Shown: piece after piece, positions 38,409 to 47,558 of the stretch
How the letters are laid out: each line of letters begins with the position of its first letter
Numbering within the stretch: the first letter of the stretch is position 1
Assembly: GCA_021799595.1 (NCBI GenBank)
Contig: JAJZAF010000001.1
Location: 20,328 to 84,327 of the forward strand
From: a bacterium
Lineage (GTDB): Bacteria; Patescibacteriota; Saccharimonadia; Saccharimonadales; UBA4665
DNA: 64,000 nucleotides
Direction of reading: 5' to 3'
The notes under the pieces: model-generated
Seen by the model: only the letters and a program-made list of their open reading frames with translations
Told to the model about the DNA's origin: nothing
The model's database searches: none
Translations under genes and position numbers: made by a program

Positions 38409-39976
38409 TAACTACTCGCTTCCTCAGTCTTGCTTTTGGTCTCTTCATAGGATTTTGCAATGCTTAAGGCAACCTTAAGAACAGTTTCATTCTGTACATC
38501 GGTCGGTTTGTCGCCGGTATTGAGCGCCTCAATTAGTTTGACGTGTTTGCTTTTGAGTTCACGGTGCAGCACTTCTCCGGCTTGTATTACTTTTTCAAGT
38601 GGAATTTTATCGAAAGCACCATTTGTGGCTACATATAGGCTAACGTACATTTCCCAGATAGAATATGGACTGTACTGGGGTTGCTTTAATAGTTCTGTCA
38701 GCCGTTGACCACGCTCAATAGTATGACGGGTTTCGGGATCAAGATCTGTCGAGAATTGACTGAAGGCTGCGAGTTCTCGAAATTGGGCAAGCGCCAGTTT
38801 CAAGCCACCGCCAACCGCCTTAATCGCTTTACTTTGAGCATCACCACCGACTCGAGAAACACTTAAGCCCACCGAAATTGCTGGTCTAATTCCTTGATAA
38901 AACAAGTTTGTTTCCAGATAAATTTGTCCGTCGGTAATGGAAATAACATTGGTTGGGATATAGGCGCTAATGTCACCAGCCTGGGTTTCAATGATAGGAA
39001 GAGCGGTGAGACTGCCAGCACCAAGCTTATCGTTGAGTTTGGCAGCCCGCTCCAGCAGGCGCGAATGTAAGTAGAAGACGTCACCAGGATAGGCTTCGCG
39101 GCCAGGCGGACGGCGCAAGAGCAAAGACATCTGCCGATAGGCTTGGGCGTGCTTCGTTAAGTCGTCGTAAATAATAAGAGCGTGTTGTTTATTGTCACGG
39201 AAATATTCACCCATGGCACAGCCGGCGTAAGGAGCTAGATAAAGTAGGGCAGCAGGATCAGCCGGACTGGTCGCAACGATAATAGTTTGCTTCATAACAC
39301 CTTCACGGCGCAGGCGCTCCTCAAGTGCGGCAATCTTAGATAACTTCTGACCGATTGCAACGTAAACATTAATGACCCCAGTCTTCTGCCGAGTTTGGTT
39401 CACCATAGTATCGACCGCAATAGCTGTCTTGCCGGTTTGGCGATCACCAATGATTAACTCGCGCTGGCCACGACCGATTGGCACCATGGCATCAATTGCA
39501 ACAATACCAGTCATAAGCGACTCATGAACACCGCGGCGATCTAATACGCCGGGTGCTTGGCGCTCTACGTGCGCAGTCTGTTTTGTCTTAATCGGATCGC
39601 CGCCATCCAGTGGACGTCCCAAGGGATCGACTACGCGGCCGACAAGCTCTGGTCCAACTGGAACTTCCAACACGCTGCCACTTAAACGAACTGAGGCACC
39701 AGCCCGTACATCAGTATCTTCGCCGAGAAGGACGGCACCAATCTCATCTTCGCCAAGATTGAAAGCAAAGGCAGTTACTTTTTTACCACCTTCGCCCTCA
39801 ATTTCAAGCATTTCATTGAAACCGGCACCGCTCAGGCCATAGATCCAAGCCACACCGTCACCGACACGAGTAACAACGCCGACGCTCTCAACTTCTGGGT
39901 TTTGCTTCAGTTTCTCGATAGCTACTCGGATATCTTCAGACAATTCTGTAATTGACAGTTTGCTGTTCGCGCTCAT
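38408..39976 (-). CDS. atpA: F1Fo ATP synthase subunit alpha
   Basis: GDRQTGKTAIAVD, IYDDLTKHA, PGREAYPGDVFYLHSRLLER. Confidence 0.95.
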   Translation of the reverse strand: MSANSKLSITELSEDIRVAIEKLKQNPEVESVGVVTRVGDGVAWIYGLSGAGFNEMLEIEGEGGKKVTAFAFNLGEDEIGAVLLGEDTDVRAGASVRLSGSVLEVPVGPELVGRVVDPLGRPLDGGDPIKTKQTAHVERQAPGVLDRRGVHESLMTGIVAIDAMVPIGRGQRELIIGDRQTGKTAIAVDTMVNQTRQKTGVINVYVAIGQKLSKIAALEERLRREGVMKQTIIVATSPADPAALLYLAPYAGCAMGEYFRDNKQHALIIYDDLTKHAQAYRQMSLLLRRPPGREAYPGDVFYLHSRLLERAAKLNDKLGAGSLTALPIIETQAGDISAYIPTNVISITDGQIYLETNLFYQGIRPAISVGLSVSRVGGDAQSKAIKAVGGGLKLALAQFRELAAFSQFSTDLDPETRHTIERGQRLTELLKQPQYSPYSIWEMYVSLYVATNGAFDKIPLEKVIQAGEVLHRELKSKHVKLIEALNTGDKPTDVQNETVLKVALSIAKSYEETKSKTEEASS

Positions 39977-40386
39977 CTACTTCCTTTCTGTTTACTTAAA
40001 GCTGATTGACGAAAGGTACGCAACTTTGATTTGACACTTATATCAAGCTGTCGATCCGCCAGCGTAAGCTTGACACCTCCGATCAGTGTTGAATCAATTA
40101 TTTCAGTAATTATGATTCGTTTGGCGTGCGGGTAGAGTGCTCTGATTCGTTTTTCAATATCCTGACGAGTTTGCGTAGTAAGTTGATGTGCACTGGCAGC
40201 CAGTACTTCAACATAGCCTGCCTCAGCCCAGTCAGCTTGAACATCCCGCATGATTGATGCTAATTCTCCAACGCGACGTTCGCTTAGCAGATATGCAGCC
40301 AGCTCCGACACAAAACGGGGTGAAGCTTCTCCCGCGATGGTCTTTTCCGCAATGAGATCAGCAATGCGAGAACGAGGCTGTTTCAT
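39973..40386 (-). CDS. atpH: F1Fo ATP synthase subunit delta (short, 137 aa)
   Basis: It lies between atpF and atpA with 4-nt overlaps on both sides. The C-terminus DSTLIGGVKLTLADRQLDISVKSKL matches the OSCP C-terminal motif. Confidence 0.75.
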   Translation of the reverse strand: MKQPRSRIADLIAEKTIAGEASPRFVSELAAYLLSERRVGELASIMRDVQADWAEAGYVEVLAASAHQLTTQTRQDIEKRIRALYPHAKRIIITEIIDSTLIGGVKLTLADRQLDISVKSKLRTFRQSALSKQKGSR

Positions 40387-40925
40387 GCTGTCTGTCGTCC
40401 TTTCAGTATTCGGTCAATCAGTTCGGCGTCTTTTTTGGGATCTACTTTTTCATGAATGATGGCTTCAGTGACATCCGAAACCAGACCAACAACATGCTGT
40501 TCTAGTTCGCGACGCGCACTAGCTGTTTCTTGAGCAATTCGCTCCTCAGCTTCTTTAACAATACCGGCAGCTCGCTGTTGAGCCTTATCTTCGGCTTCGC
40601 TGATAAGCCCGCGAGCCGCTTCTTGGGCATTCGCTATAATGCTGTCAGCTTGTTCCCGTGTCTCATGCAGTGTCTTTGTAACATTCTGCTCTAACTCAGC
40701 TTTTTCTTTTTCCATTTGCTCGCCAAGTTTAAGACCCTTTTCAATTGTCTGACGTCGTTCATTCATCACTTTCAGGATAGGCTTGAAAGCCCACTGCCTG
40801 AGAATAAGAAATGCAATGATGAATGTAAGCAGCTGAATCAGAAACGAAGAGAAATTAAGGCCAAGTGAACCTAACCCCGATGAACTACTTCCAAATTGCG
40901 TAATCAAATCCAGCATAGCTTCCAA
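40383..40925 (-). CDS. atpF: F1Fo ATP synthase subunit b
   Basis: One N-terminal TM helix followed by a long charged helix, in the expected operon position. Confidence 0.8.
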   Translation of the reverse strand: MEAMLDLITQFGSSSSGLGSLGLNFSSFLIQLLTFIIAFLILRQWAFKPILKVMNERRQTIEKGLKLGEQMEKEKAELEQNVTKTLHETREQADSIIANAQEAARGLISEAEDKAQQRAAGIVKEAEERIAQETASARRELEQHVVGLVSDVTEAIIHEKVDPKKDAELIDRILKGRQTA

Positions 40926-40930
40926 AATTT

Positions 40931-41167
40931 TTACTTACTACTTAACATGAAGAACGTCGATGCGAATGCCAATAAAGCATACAGTTCAATAATGGCGACG
41001 AACACCAAAGCTTGGCCGAGCAGTCTGGCCTCAGGGTTACGTCCAGTAGCCTGAATATAACTGCCACCAACGATACCCATACCAACACAGGGCCCAATAA
41101 AACCACCGCCGATCATTAAACCTTTCGCAATATTGACGCTACTTGTAGCATCTGCAAATGAAATCAT
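40931..41167 (-). CDS. atpE: F1Fo ATP synthase subunit c
   Basis: 78-aa hairpin with the loop GRNPEA and a carboxylate in VAIIELYAL. Confidence 0.9.
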   Translation of the reverse strand: MISFADATSSVNIAKGLMIGGGFIGPCVGMGIVGGSYIQATGRNPEARLLGQALVFVAIIELYALLAFASTFFMLSSK

Positions 41168-41213
41168 GGCTGCCTGTCTCCTTTCGTTAAGACTTGATTA
41201 ATTTTTACCATAC

Positions 41214-42065
41214 CTAAGCCACCCCACCAGTTCTCTCTGGTTTTGGGTCCATTGTTTCAGGAATTTCACCTTCGGTCAAGCTGTCGTCACTGTGCTGCGA
41301 GACATGGTTAACTGCGATGGCAATGTACATGGTTCCAAGCAATACGAAAATAAAGGCCTGCAGTACATCATCGAACATATCCAAGAAATAAAACGGCGTC
41401 GCAGTCAGCGGCGCCAGGACATGTCCGAGCCAGGCAAACACCACGACAATAATGCCGACAATGGAGATATTGAGGAAAAGACGAAGCGAGAGGCTTATTA
41501 CTCGAGTGATGTCCGTGATCATCTCTATAATTCCTAAAAACCAATAAAACGGATTTTTCAGGCTGCCGACAAAGAAATGTCCGAGATACTGCTTGATGCC
41601 GACTTCGCGAATAGAGCTCACGTAAACCAAAAGCATAGTAACGACCGCCATGGCCAGCGTGGCATTAAAGTCAGCGGTAAATGGCCGAAAAAGATCACTA
41701 CCGTGTAAGCTAATAGCTTGACCAACACCCGGAATCAAACCAAACAAGTTATTAAAGAGAATGAAGAAGAAAAGAGGAATGAAGTACAGTACATACTTTT
41801 GGGCCCGTTGTTTATCCTCGAAAGCGTCTACGACTGTACCGACCATGAAGTCGGTAATAACCTCTATGTATTGGATAAGCCCACCTTTGGGCTTGACGGT
41901 GATGCGATGAGCGATCCAAATGAACAACACCACCATAATAACTGTACTGATCCATCCAAGCAGCACAGAATCACTAATAGCCACCCCACCAATGTGGAGG
42001 GTAGTGGTTGGCGCAATCTCAACCTTGAGAGCTGAAGCCATGATTAATGATAGAAAACCGCTCAT
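41214..42065 (-). CDS. atpB: F1Fo ATP synthase subunit a
   Basis: SLSLRLFLNI carries the essential Arg. The protein is polytopic. Confidence 0.9.
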   Translation of the reverse strand: MSGFLSLIMASALKVEIAPTTTLHIGGVAISDSVLLGWISTVIMVVLFIWIAHRITVKPKGGLIQYIEVITDFMVGTVVDAFEDKQRAQKYVLYFIPLFFFILFNNLFGLIPGVGQAISLHGSDLFRPFTADFNATLAMAVVTMLLVYVSSIREVGIKQYLGHFFVGSLKNPFYWFLGIIEMITDITRVISLSLRLFLNISIVGIIVVVFAWLGHVLAPLTATPFYFLDMFDDVLQAFIFVLLGTMYIAIAVNHVSQHSDDSLTEGEIPETMDPKPERTGGVA

Positions 42066-42373
42066 TTTCCTTCCTTTGGCATACTAACCGTGCGCTCATT
42101 GTAAACGTCTAGCGCATGCTTAATAACCATATACGTACCAACCATAGCGAGTATAAATCCAACAATAATGAGAACGGGACTCGTATGAAACACCTTGTCC
42201 AACTCAAAGCCACCGAGTATCGGTACCAACACGACAACAGCCATTTGCCAAGTCATATCAATAACAGCTCCAAAAAATAGTATTCTTGCCTCATTTTTAC
42301 GTGCTCTGACAGTTTCATTTGTAGCCGTCTGTTTCGGCGAGAGTGTCGTAATCGGCGCTTTCGTCTTTTTCAT
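42062..42373 (-). CDS. AtpZ/AtpI-like small membrane protein, first gene of the atp operon
   Basis: 103 aa with 2 TM helices. It overlaps the atpB start by 4 nt. Confidence 0.55.
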   Translation of the reverse strand: MKKTKAPITTLSPKQTATNETVRARKNEARILFFGAVIDMTWQMAVVVLVPILGGFELDKVFHTSPVLIIVGFILAMVGTYMVIKHALDVYNERTVSMPKEGK

Positions 42374-42383
42374 CTACTACTAT

Positions 42384-42413
42384 AGTATAGCAGCTGTGAT
42401 TAATATCACGCAA
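42384..42413 (-). promoter_or_regulatory. candidate atp operon promoter
   Basis: On the minus strand: TTGCGT (42413-42408), 18 nt, TATACT (42389-42384). The -10 element ends only 10 nt before ATG 42373, so the leader would be very short or absent. Confidence 0.35.
42395..42410. promoter_or_regulatory. CRP-type palindrome TGTGA-N6-TCACg
   Basis: TGTGATTAATATCACG matches 9 of 10 positions of the TGTGA-N6-TCACA consensus. It lies in the divergent atp / glutaredoxin-like intergenic region and overlaps the putative atp -35 element and spacer. Confidence 0.4.
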
Positions 42414-42491
42414 CGCTATGACTTAACTCCTTAGTAAGATTTCTCACTTTACAAAGTATAGTAATAATAGCTCGGTCGTGATACAGTAGAT

Positions 42492-42764
42492 ATGATGACT
42501 AAGACAGCGACGAAAGCTAAGACTAAAATTACTATATACGGTGCCGAATGGTGCGCCTACTGCCATATGGTGAAGCACTATCTCAAAGACAAGGGCATCG
42601 ATTATACATATATCGACATAGATAAAGAGCCAGAGGCAGGACTAGAGGCGGTCGAGAAATCTGGTCAACGCGGCATCCCAGTGACCGACATTGCCGGCGA
42701 CATTATTATTGGCTTCGACAGACCCAAAATTGATGCAGCACTCTCAGCTCATAAACTTGGATAG
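42492..42764 (+). CDS. glutaredoxin/NrdH-like redoxin
   Basis: ITIYGAEWCAYCHMVKHYL (CxxC) within a 90-aa thioredoxin fold, plus GIPVTDI. Confidence 0.75.
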   Translation: MMTKTATKAKTKITIYGAEWCAYCHMVKHYLKDKGIDYTYIDIDKEPEAGLEAVEKSGQRGIPVTDIAGDIIIGFDRPKIDAALSAHKLG

Positions 42765-42784
42765 ATATGGCATAATATGGCTGT

Positions 42785-43354
42785 ATGGCCTTCGAAGATT
42801 ATAAACATAAAGACTCTCTCGTTATTGTCTACACCGGCGAGGGGAAGGGGAAGACAAGCGCAGCACTGGGTTTAATGGTCCGCGCTCTCGGTAATCGCTC
42901 AAGGGTAGCCTTTATCCAGTTTATTAAGTACTGGGGCGTAAGCGAGCATATCTTTATTCGTGATATTCAGCCGCTTTTTCATGACCAACTCCGCTTCTAT
43001 AAAGGCGGTAAAGGCTTCTATAAAGCGGGTGAACTGAGTGAAAAAAATATTAGTGAAACCAAGCACAAGCAAGCAGCTCATGAGACATATAACGAAGCGT
43101 TCACTTGTGCCAGCAACAGCAACTATGACCTTGTCATCTGTGATGAGATTAATAATGCTGTTCATGATGGATTACTCACCAAAGCTCAGTTAAAAAAGCT
43201 CATAGAAAAACGGGCAGCAAATACTAGTCTTTGTTTAACTGGACGTAATTTTCCCAAAGAACTCTTTGATCTCGCTGACATTGCAACTGATATGACAAAG
43301 ATTAAACACCACTTTGATAACCGCTTTCTCGCCAATAGAGGCATCGACTACTAA
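42785..43354 (+). CDS. cobO: cob(I)yrinic acid a,c-diamide / cob(I)alamin adenosyltransferase, CobA/CobO/BtuR type
   Basis: VIVYTGEGKGKTSAALGLMVRALG P-loop, VAFIQFIK, and ICDEINNAV. Confidence 0.75.
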   Translation: MAFEDYKHKDSLVIVYTGEGKGKTSAALGLMVRALGNRSRVAFIQFIKYWGVSEHIFIRDIQPLFHDQLRFYKGGKGFYKAGELSEKNISETKHKQAAHETYNEAFTCASNSNYDLVICDEINNAVHDGLLTKAQLKKLIEKRAANTSLCLTGRNFPKELFDLADIATDMTKIKHHFDNRFLANRGIDY

Positions 43355-43361
43355 GAATTAA

Positions 43362-43889
43362 GTGTCTACAATTGAGCCTATGCAGCCACGACTCTATCTC
43401 TTCGTCGGTGCTCCGGGTGCCGGTAAAACGACTACAGCAACAATTATTGCCAAGCGTACCGGCGCTGTGCATCTCTGGGCTGACGTTGAACGCCATAAAC
43501 TATTTCCTCGACCGTCACATACAGAGGCAGAAAGCAAAGTATTGTATCAAAAATTGAATAATGACACCAACCAACTTTTGTCAGAAGGCAAGAGTGTTGT
43601 CTTTGACACCAACTTCAATTTTTACAGTGATCGGCAACTTTTACGCAACCTTGCGCAAAGTCATAATGCGGAAGTAGTACTCGTATGGCTAACAACGCCG
43701 CTCAATATTGCCAAGGGGCGCGCAGTAGGCACTCACCAGCAACGCAATGGCTATACGATTCATATGAGTGAAGACCAATTCAATGCCATCACTGCCAAAC
43801 TTGAGCCACCGAGACCTGACGAGCATGCCATTCAGATTGATGGCACAAAACTTAAGGAAGAACAGATAAAGCAGGCCCTCCGTATCTAG
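43362..43889 (+). CDS. P-loop kinase-like ATP-binding protein (AAA_33/zeta-toxin-like fold)
   Basis: LFVGAPGAGKTT Walker A in a 175-aa protein. The start is GTG 43362, or alternatively ATG 43380. Confidence 0.6.
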   Translation: MSTIEPMQPRLYLFVGAPGAGKTTTATIIAKRTGAVHLWADVERHKLFPRPSHTEAESKVLYQKLNNDTNQLLSEGKSVVFDTNFNFYSDRQLLRNLAQSHNAEVVLVWLTTPLNIAKGRAVGTHQQRNGYTIHMSEDQFNAITAKLEPPRPDEHAIQIDGTKLKEEQIKQALRI

Positions 43890-44728
43890 ACAATGTTGGT
43901 TGTCGGATCAACCCGAGGGGTAGTTTGGAAAAAAGCTCGGTTAACAGAAAAAGAGCCGGTTACAGGATCATAGCCACGGTAAATAACCCTTGCTGGTAGG
44001 TAGACTGCCCAACAGAGCATAATTATAGGATACATATGCCGGCGGCTGCGCAACCGGTGCATGGCATAGGTACGTGGACTAACCAGACAGTAACGGACGT
44101 AATCCTGAAAACGCATATCGATGCGGCGGCAAGAAACACCAGCCACTATCTGTGGCTCATAGTCAACAATATGACCTCTCGCTTGTAAATGAATAGCCAA
44201 GTCAAGGTCTTCATGCATAGCCTGATGCTGGCAAAGACCACGGCGTATTGCTCGCCAAGCCTGACGACGAATCGCCATATTAGCACCCCATAGAAAATTC
44301 TCTTGACCCAACTTCATGGCTAGTCGTTGTCGTAAATAATAATCGACACTGTCAATCAAGCGAGTGAAAGCAAAATCATAATAATGAGCAGAGCCGGACA
44401 CGGCGCTGATAGCAGGATGCTCTACGAAAAAACGGCTGACATGTTCTACCCAATCCGGTGGAAGAATGCTATCGGCATCAATCCGGCCAATGATGTCACC
44501 CCGTGCACTATTGAAGCCACGGTTCCTGGCATGGACAACACCCTGGCGGTACTCTCGCAGCAAACGCACAAAGGGGTAGCGCTCAGCTACGAGGGCGCTG
44601 TCATCGGTAGAGTTATTATCGACGACAATAACCTCGAAAGGAGCAACACTTTGACCAGCAATACTCGCAAGACAAGCATCAAGCTGTTTGGACTCGTTGT
44701 ATACTGGGATAACAATACTTGTATTCAT
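43886..44728 (-). CDS. family 2 glycosyltransferase
   Basis: IVIPVYNES, VVDNNSTDDS, RIDADS (DxD). ATG 44728 (MNTSIVIP) is preferred over the ORF-track start 44815, because it removes the overlap with the divergent gene. Confidence 0.8.
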   Translation of the reverse strand: MNTSIVIPVYNESKQLDACLASIAGQSVAPFEVIVVDNNSTDDSALVAERYPFVRLLREYRQGVVHARNRGFNSARGDIIGRIDADSILPPDWVEHVSRFFVEHPAISAVSGSAHYYDFAFTRLIDSVDYYLRQRLAMKLGQENFLWGANMAIRRQAWRAIRRGLCQHQAMHEDLDLAIHLQARGHIVDYEPQIVAGVSCRRIDMRFQDYVRYCLVSPRTYAMHRLRSRRHMYPIIMLCWAVYLPARVIYRGYDPVTGSFSVNRAFFQTTPRVDPTTNIV

Positions 44729-44754
44729 AAACGAAAGCGTACGACTACCATTAT

Positions 44755-45849
44755 ATGGCAAAACGGCTCTCAGCATACACCAGACGGCTGGTACGGAGCT
44801 TAAAGAATTGGCCAATAACCTATTGGCGAAGTACTTGGTGGCATAAACTCACCACCGTTATAGTCGTTCTTATTATTCTGATCATTGGCATTATGTACGG
44901 CATTGCCCAGTGGTATATACATAGTCAGGCCAATAAACCATTAAGGCTGGGCGTTACTTTCATAGCAGATTATGCTGAAGCCCTCGGAGTTAACCCTGAA
45001 AAAACCATGGATGCGCTCATCCATATTGGTGTTCGTCAGTTCCGTTTAGTGAGCTATTGGAGTGATGGCGAACCATTAAAGGGGCAGTATAACTTTTCTC
45101 AGCTCGATTGGGAATTCAAAAAAGCTGAAGCGGCCCACGCAAAGGTTATTTTAGTGTTGGGTCTCCGTCAACCTCGTTGGCCTGAGTGTCATATGCCAAC
45201 CTGGGCCCAAGACGAGCCATCAAATGTGTGGCAGCCACAGTTAATGGCTTATATAAAGACAGTTGTGAACCGCTATAAAAATTCACCAAGCCTAGAAAGC
45301 TACCAGCTTGAAAATGAGTACTTTTTAAAGGGCTTCGGAATTTGCACTAACTATAGCCGCCAGCGGCTGGTAGACGAGTACAATCTTGTGAAGTCGCTTG
45401 ATCCACACCATATTATAATAGTCAGCCGCAGTAATAATGCGATCGGTATTCCCCTAGGTCAGCCACAACCAGATGAGTTTGGTATTTCTGTTTACCGCTG
45501 GGTATGGGATGCAAATGTCACACATCGTTACCTTGAGTATCCATACCCGGCTTGGTTTTATGCCTTCCTGGCTGGTTTGCAAGAAATCGTCGACCACAAA
45601 AATATGATGATTGATGAGCTACAGGCCGAACCGTGGCCACCGCATGGGCAAACCATACCTCAGACTAGTCTCGCAGAGCAAAACAAGTCTATGAGTGCTA
45701 GTAAACTACAGAGTGAGTTTAATTACGGTATAGCAACCGGTATGCGTTCTATCGATATGTGGGGAGCAGAGTATTGGTACTATCGCCTGATCAAGTTACA
45801 TGATCCAAGCGTTTGGAACGTTGCTAAAAGAGAATTTGCCAGGCATTAA
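44755..45849 (+). CDS. membrane-anchored clan GH-A (TIM-barrel) glycoside hydrolase-like protein
   Basis: N-terminal TM helix. GVRQFRLVSYWS, ILVLGLRQPRWPECH and SYQLENEYF (an NE acid/base-like motif) suggest a cellulase/beta-galactosidase-like barrel. Confidence 0.45.
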   Translation: MAKRLSAYTRRLVRSLKNWPITYWRSTWWHKLTTVIVVLIILIIGIMYGIAQWYIHSQANKPLRLGVTFIADYAEALGVNPEKTMDALIHIGVRQFRLVSYWSDGEPLKGQYNFSQLDWEFKKAEAAHAKVILVLGLRQPRWPECHMPTWAQDEPSNVWQPQLMAYIKTVVNRYKNSPSLESYQLENEYFLKGFGICTNYSRQRLVDEYNLVKSLDPHHIIIVSRSNNAIGIPLGQPQPDEFGISVYRWVWDANVTHRYLEYPYPAWFYAFLAGLQEIVDHKNMMIDELQAEPWPPHGQTIPQTSLAEQNKSMSASKLQSEFNYGIATGMRSIDMWGAEYWYYRLIKLHDPSVWNVAKREFARH

Positions 45850-45880
45850 GTAGCATCATACGATGGCTTGAGTCATACTT

Positions 45881-46345
45881 ATGGCCATGACAAAACGTAA
45901 TACCAAGCCTGCTAGCATTAAAAACCGTCGAGCAGTTTATGACTATGAGCTCGGTGATAGTCTCATTGTGGGCTTACAATTGTCCGGTGCAGAAACAAAA
46001 AACTTACGACAAGGGCATGGGCAGCTCCGCGGCGCCTACATCACGGTTAAAGGCCATGAACTTTGGCTTATTAATGCCACTGTGTATGGTACGCGATCTG
46101 CACAGATTGGTGAGAATGAGACCACCAGGCCACGAAAGTTGCTGGCAAAAAAGCGAGAGATAGAAAGGCTTATTCAAATAAAGCAACAAGGCCGTACAAT
46201 AGTTCCACTCGAGATTATAACGAAGGGAAAATACATTAAGCTCAGGATTTCAGTCGGCAAAGGCAAGAAACGTTATGATAAGCGACAAACACTGAAAGCT
46301 CGTGACGATGCACGACGCAGTGCTCAGGCAATAGCCCAAACATAG
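45881..46345 (+). CDS. smpB: SsrA-binding protein SmpB
   Basis: IKNRRAVYDYELGDSLIVGLQLSGAETKNLR and RPRKLLAKKREIERL. Confidence 0.9.
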   Translation: MAMTKRNTKPASIKNRRAVYDYELGDSLIVGLQLSGAETKNLRQGHGQLRGAYITVKGHELWLINATVYGTRSAQIGENETTRPRKLLAKKREIERLIQIKQQGRTIVPLEIITKGKYIKLRISVGKGKKRYDKRQTLKARDDARRSAQAIAQT

Positions 46346-46348
46346 AAA

Positions 46349-46381
46349 GTGAGGCCTATCGCTTAAATCGATGGACCTCAC
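46349..46381. terminator. hairpin between convergent smpB and the N/T-rich protein gene
   Basis: GTGAGGCCTATCG-cttaaat-CGATGGACCTCAC forms a 13-position stem with one mismatch and one G-U pair. It is followed by CAATTTT. Confidence 0.5.
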
Positions 46382-46401
46382 CAATTTTACCGGAGCAGCT
46401 A

Positions 46402-47286
46402 CTAGTTGTTGTTACCGCTGCCGGTTACGATACCAGTGTTCGTGGTAGTCGTATTGCCACTGTTGTTGTTACTTGTGTTATTGGAGTTTGCATTGTTGTT
46501 TGAGCCAGTAGTGTTACCGTTGTTGTCCCCATTGCCAGAGTTGGTAGTGTTGCCATTAGCATTGTTAGAGCCATTACCGTTGCCAGAGTTAGTCGTGTTA
46601 CCTGAGTTTACGGTATTACCATTACCATCGTGAGAGTTGGTAGTGTTGCCAGAGTTAGTGGTATTACCAGAATTCACAGTATTCCCATTGCCATCATGAG
46701 AATTGGTAGTGTCACCGTTCCCATTGTGCGAGTTTATAGTGTTGCCATTGTTGGAGCCATTGCCATCATGTGAGTTGACAGTGTTGCCGTTGTTGTTGTG
46801 TGACCCGTTGCCGTCAAAAGAGCCAATAATTTTCTTAGTATTGTTGCTATCAGTCGTGTTATTGCTATCAGTTGTATTGTAACTTCCACTTATATTAGTA
46901 GTATTTGTTGTTGTCGAGTTATTAGTCTCAGTGTTGTAGCTGTCCATGACACCGCTACCGAGTGGCACTAAGCCGCCAAAAGATGTAGATGGAATACTTG
47001 CAGTAAATGTGCTTCCACTAACTCCGCCAATAGAGTTTGATTGTGTTGTCGGTTGTGTGCAGGTGCTCGTATCGCCGCTTGCTGAAGAAGTAGTGGTTAC
47101 ATCTGCCGTTGGCAAAACCTGAGACAGTTCTTTATATAAGCTGTTGTTCATCTGACTCATGTCAGAACGCATGATGTTGCCAAGAATAGCTGCTGTAGCA
47201 ATCACGGTGATAACGCCACCGAGAAAGAAGGCGGCAAAAGTCAGCATTAGTGTTGGTTGATACATTTGTTGGTTATTCTGGACCAT
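46402..47286 (-). CDS. membrane-anchored low-complexity N/T/G/S-rich repeat protein
   Basis: N-terminal TM helix (LMLTFAAFFLGGVITVIATAAILG). The C-terminal half is built from GNT(V/T/I)NS / HDGNG units. Confidence 0.6.
   Translation of the reverse strand: MVQNNQQMYQPTLMLTFAAFFLGGVITVIATAAILGNIMRSDMSQMNNSLYKELSQVLPTADVTTTSSASGDTSTCTQPTTQSNSIGGVSGSTFTASIPSTSFGGLVPLGSGVMDSYNTETNNSTTTNTTNISGSYNTTDSNNTTDSNNTKKIIGSFDGNGSHNNNGNTVNSHDGNGSNNGNTINSHNGNGDTTNSHDGNGNTVNSGNTTNSGNTTNSHDGNGNTVNSGNTTNSGNGNGSNNANGNTTNSGNGDNNGNTTGSNNNANSNNTSNNNSGNTTTTNTGIVTGSGNNN
46405..46840. repeat. imperfect in-frame tandem repeats encoding the GNTxNS / HDGNG units
   Basis: Near-identical DNA blocks recur (for example ...ccattaccatcgtgagagttggtagtgttgcc... 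and ...ccattgccatcatgagaattggtagtgtcacc...). Confidence 0.6.
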
Positions 47287-47504
47287 AATATAATCTCCTT
47301 TTCGAAGAGTTAGTGGTTAATATATCCCACCGCAAGGAGTTTTGATGTTAGGGAGTATAATAGAATTATTTTTACTATAAATAAACAATATTTTATAAAA
47401 CATAAACGGTTTACATGCCCATTTATCCACAAGTTATCTCCATAAATAAATGTTGTTATTGTTGCTATAAGAACAACAAAATAAACCACATTGCTCTCTT
47501 TAAG

Positions 47505-47533
47505 TTGCATGAATAGTTTTGCTTTCGTATAAT
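47505..47533 (+). promoter_or_regulatory. sigma70-type promoter of tRNA-Asn
   Basis: TTGCAT (47505-47510), exactly 17 nt, then consensus TATAAT (47528-47533). The -10 element ends 25 nt upstream of the tRNA 5' end. Confidence 0.65.
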
Positions 47534-47558
47534 CCTAGCTACTCTATAGTATAGATAT

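Noticed and set aside
46405-46840. Periodic DNA repeats (also at 62200-63160) considered as a possible CRISPR array
   Set aside because: The repeats are in-frame and imperfect, lie inside long ORFs, and have no unique spacers. They are protein-coding tandem repeats.
47310-47510. 66-aa ORF in the A/T-rich spacer between the repeat-protein gene and tRNA-Asn
   Set aside because: Its start overlaps the -35 box of the tRNA promoter on the opposite strand. It has no SD, and its hydrophobic, low-complexity translation is typical of A/T-rich non-coding DNA.
45850-47558. Search for a tmRNA (ssrA) gene next to smpB
   Set aside because: No tRNA-like 5' GGGG.. / 3' T-arm-ACCA pair or tag-reading-frame structure is visible in the flanking intergenic stretches. 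ssrA is presumably elsewhere.
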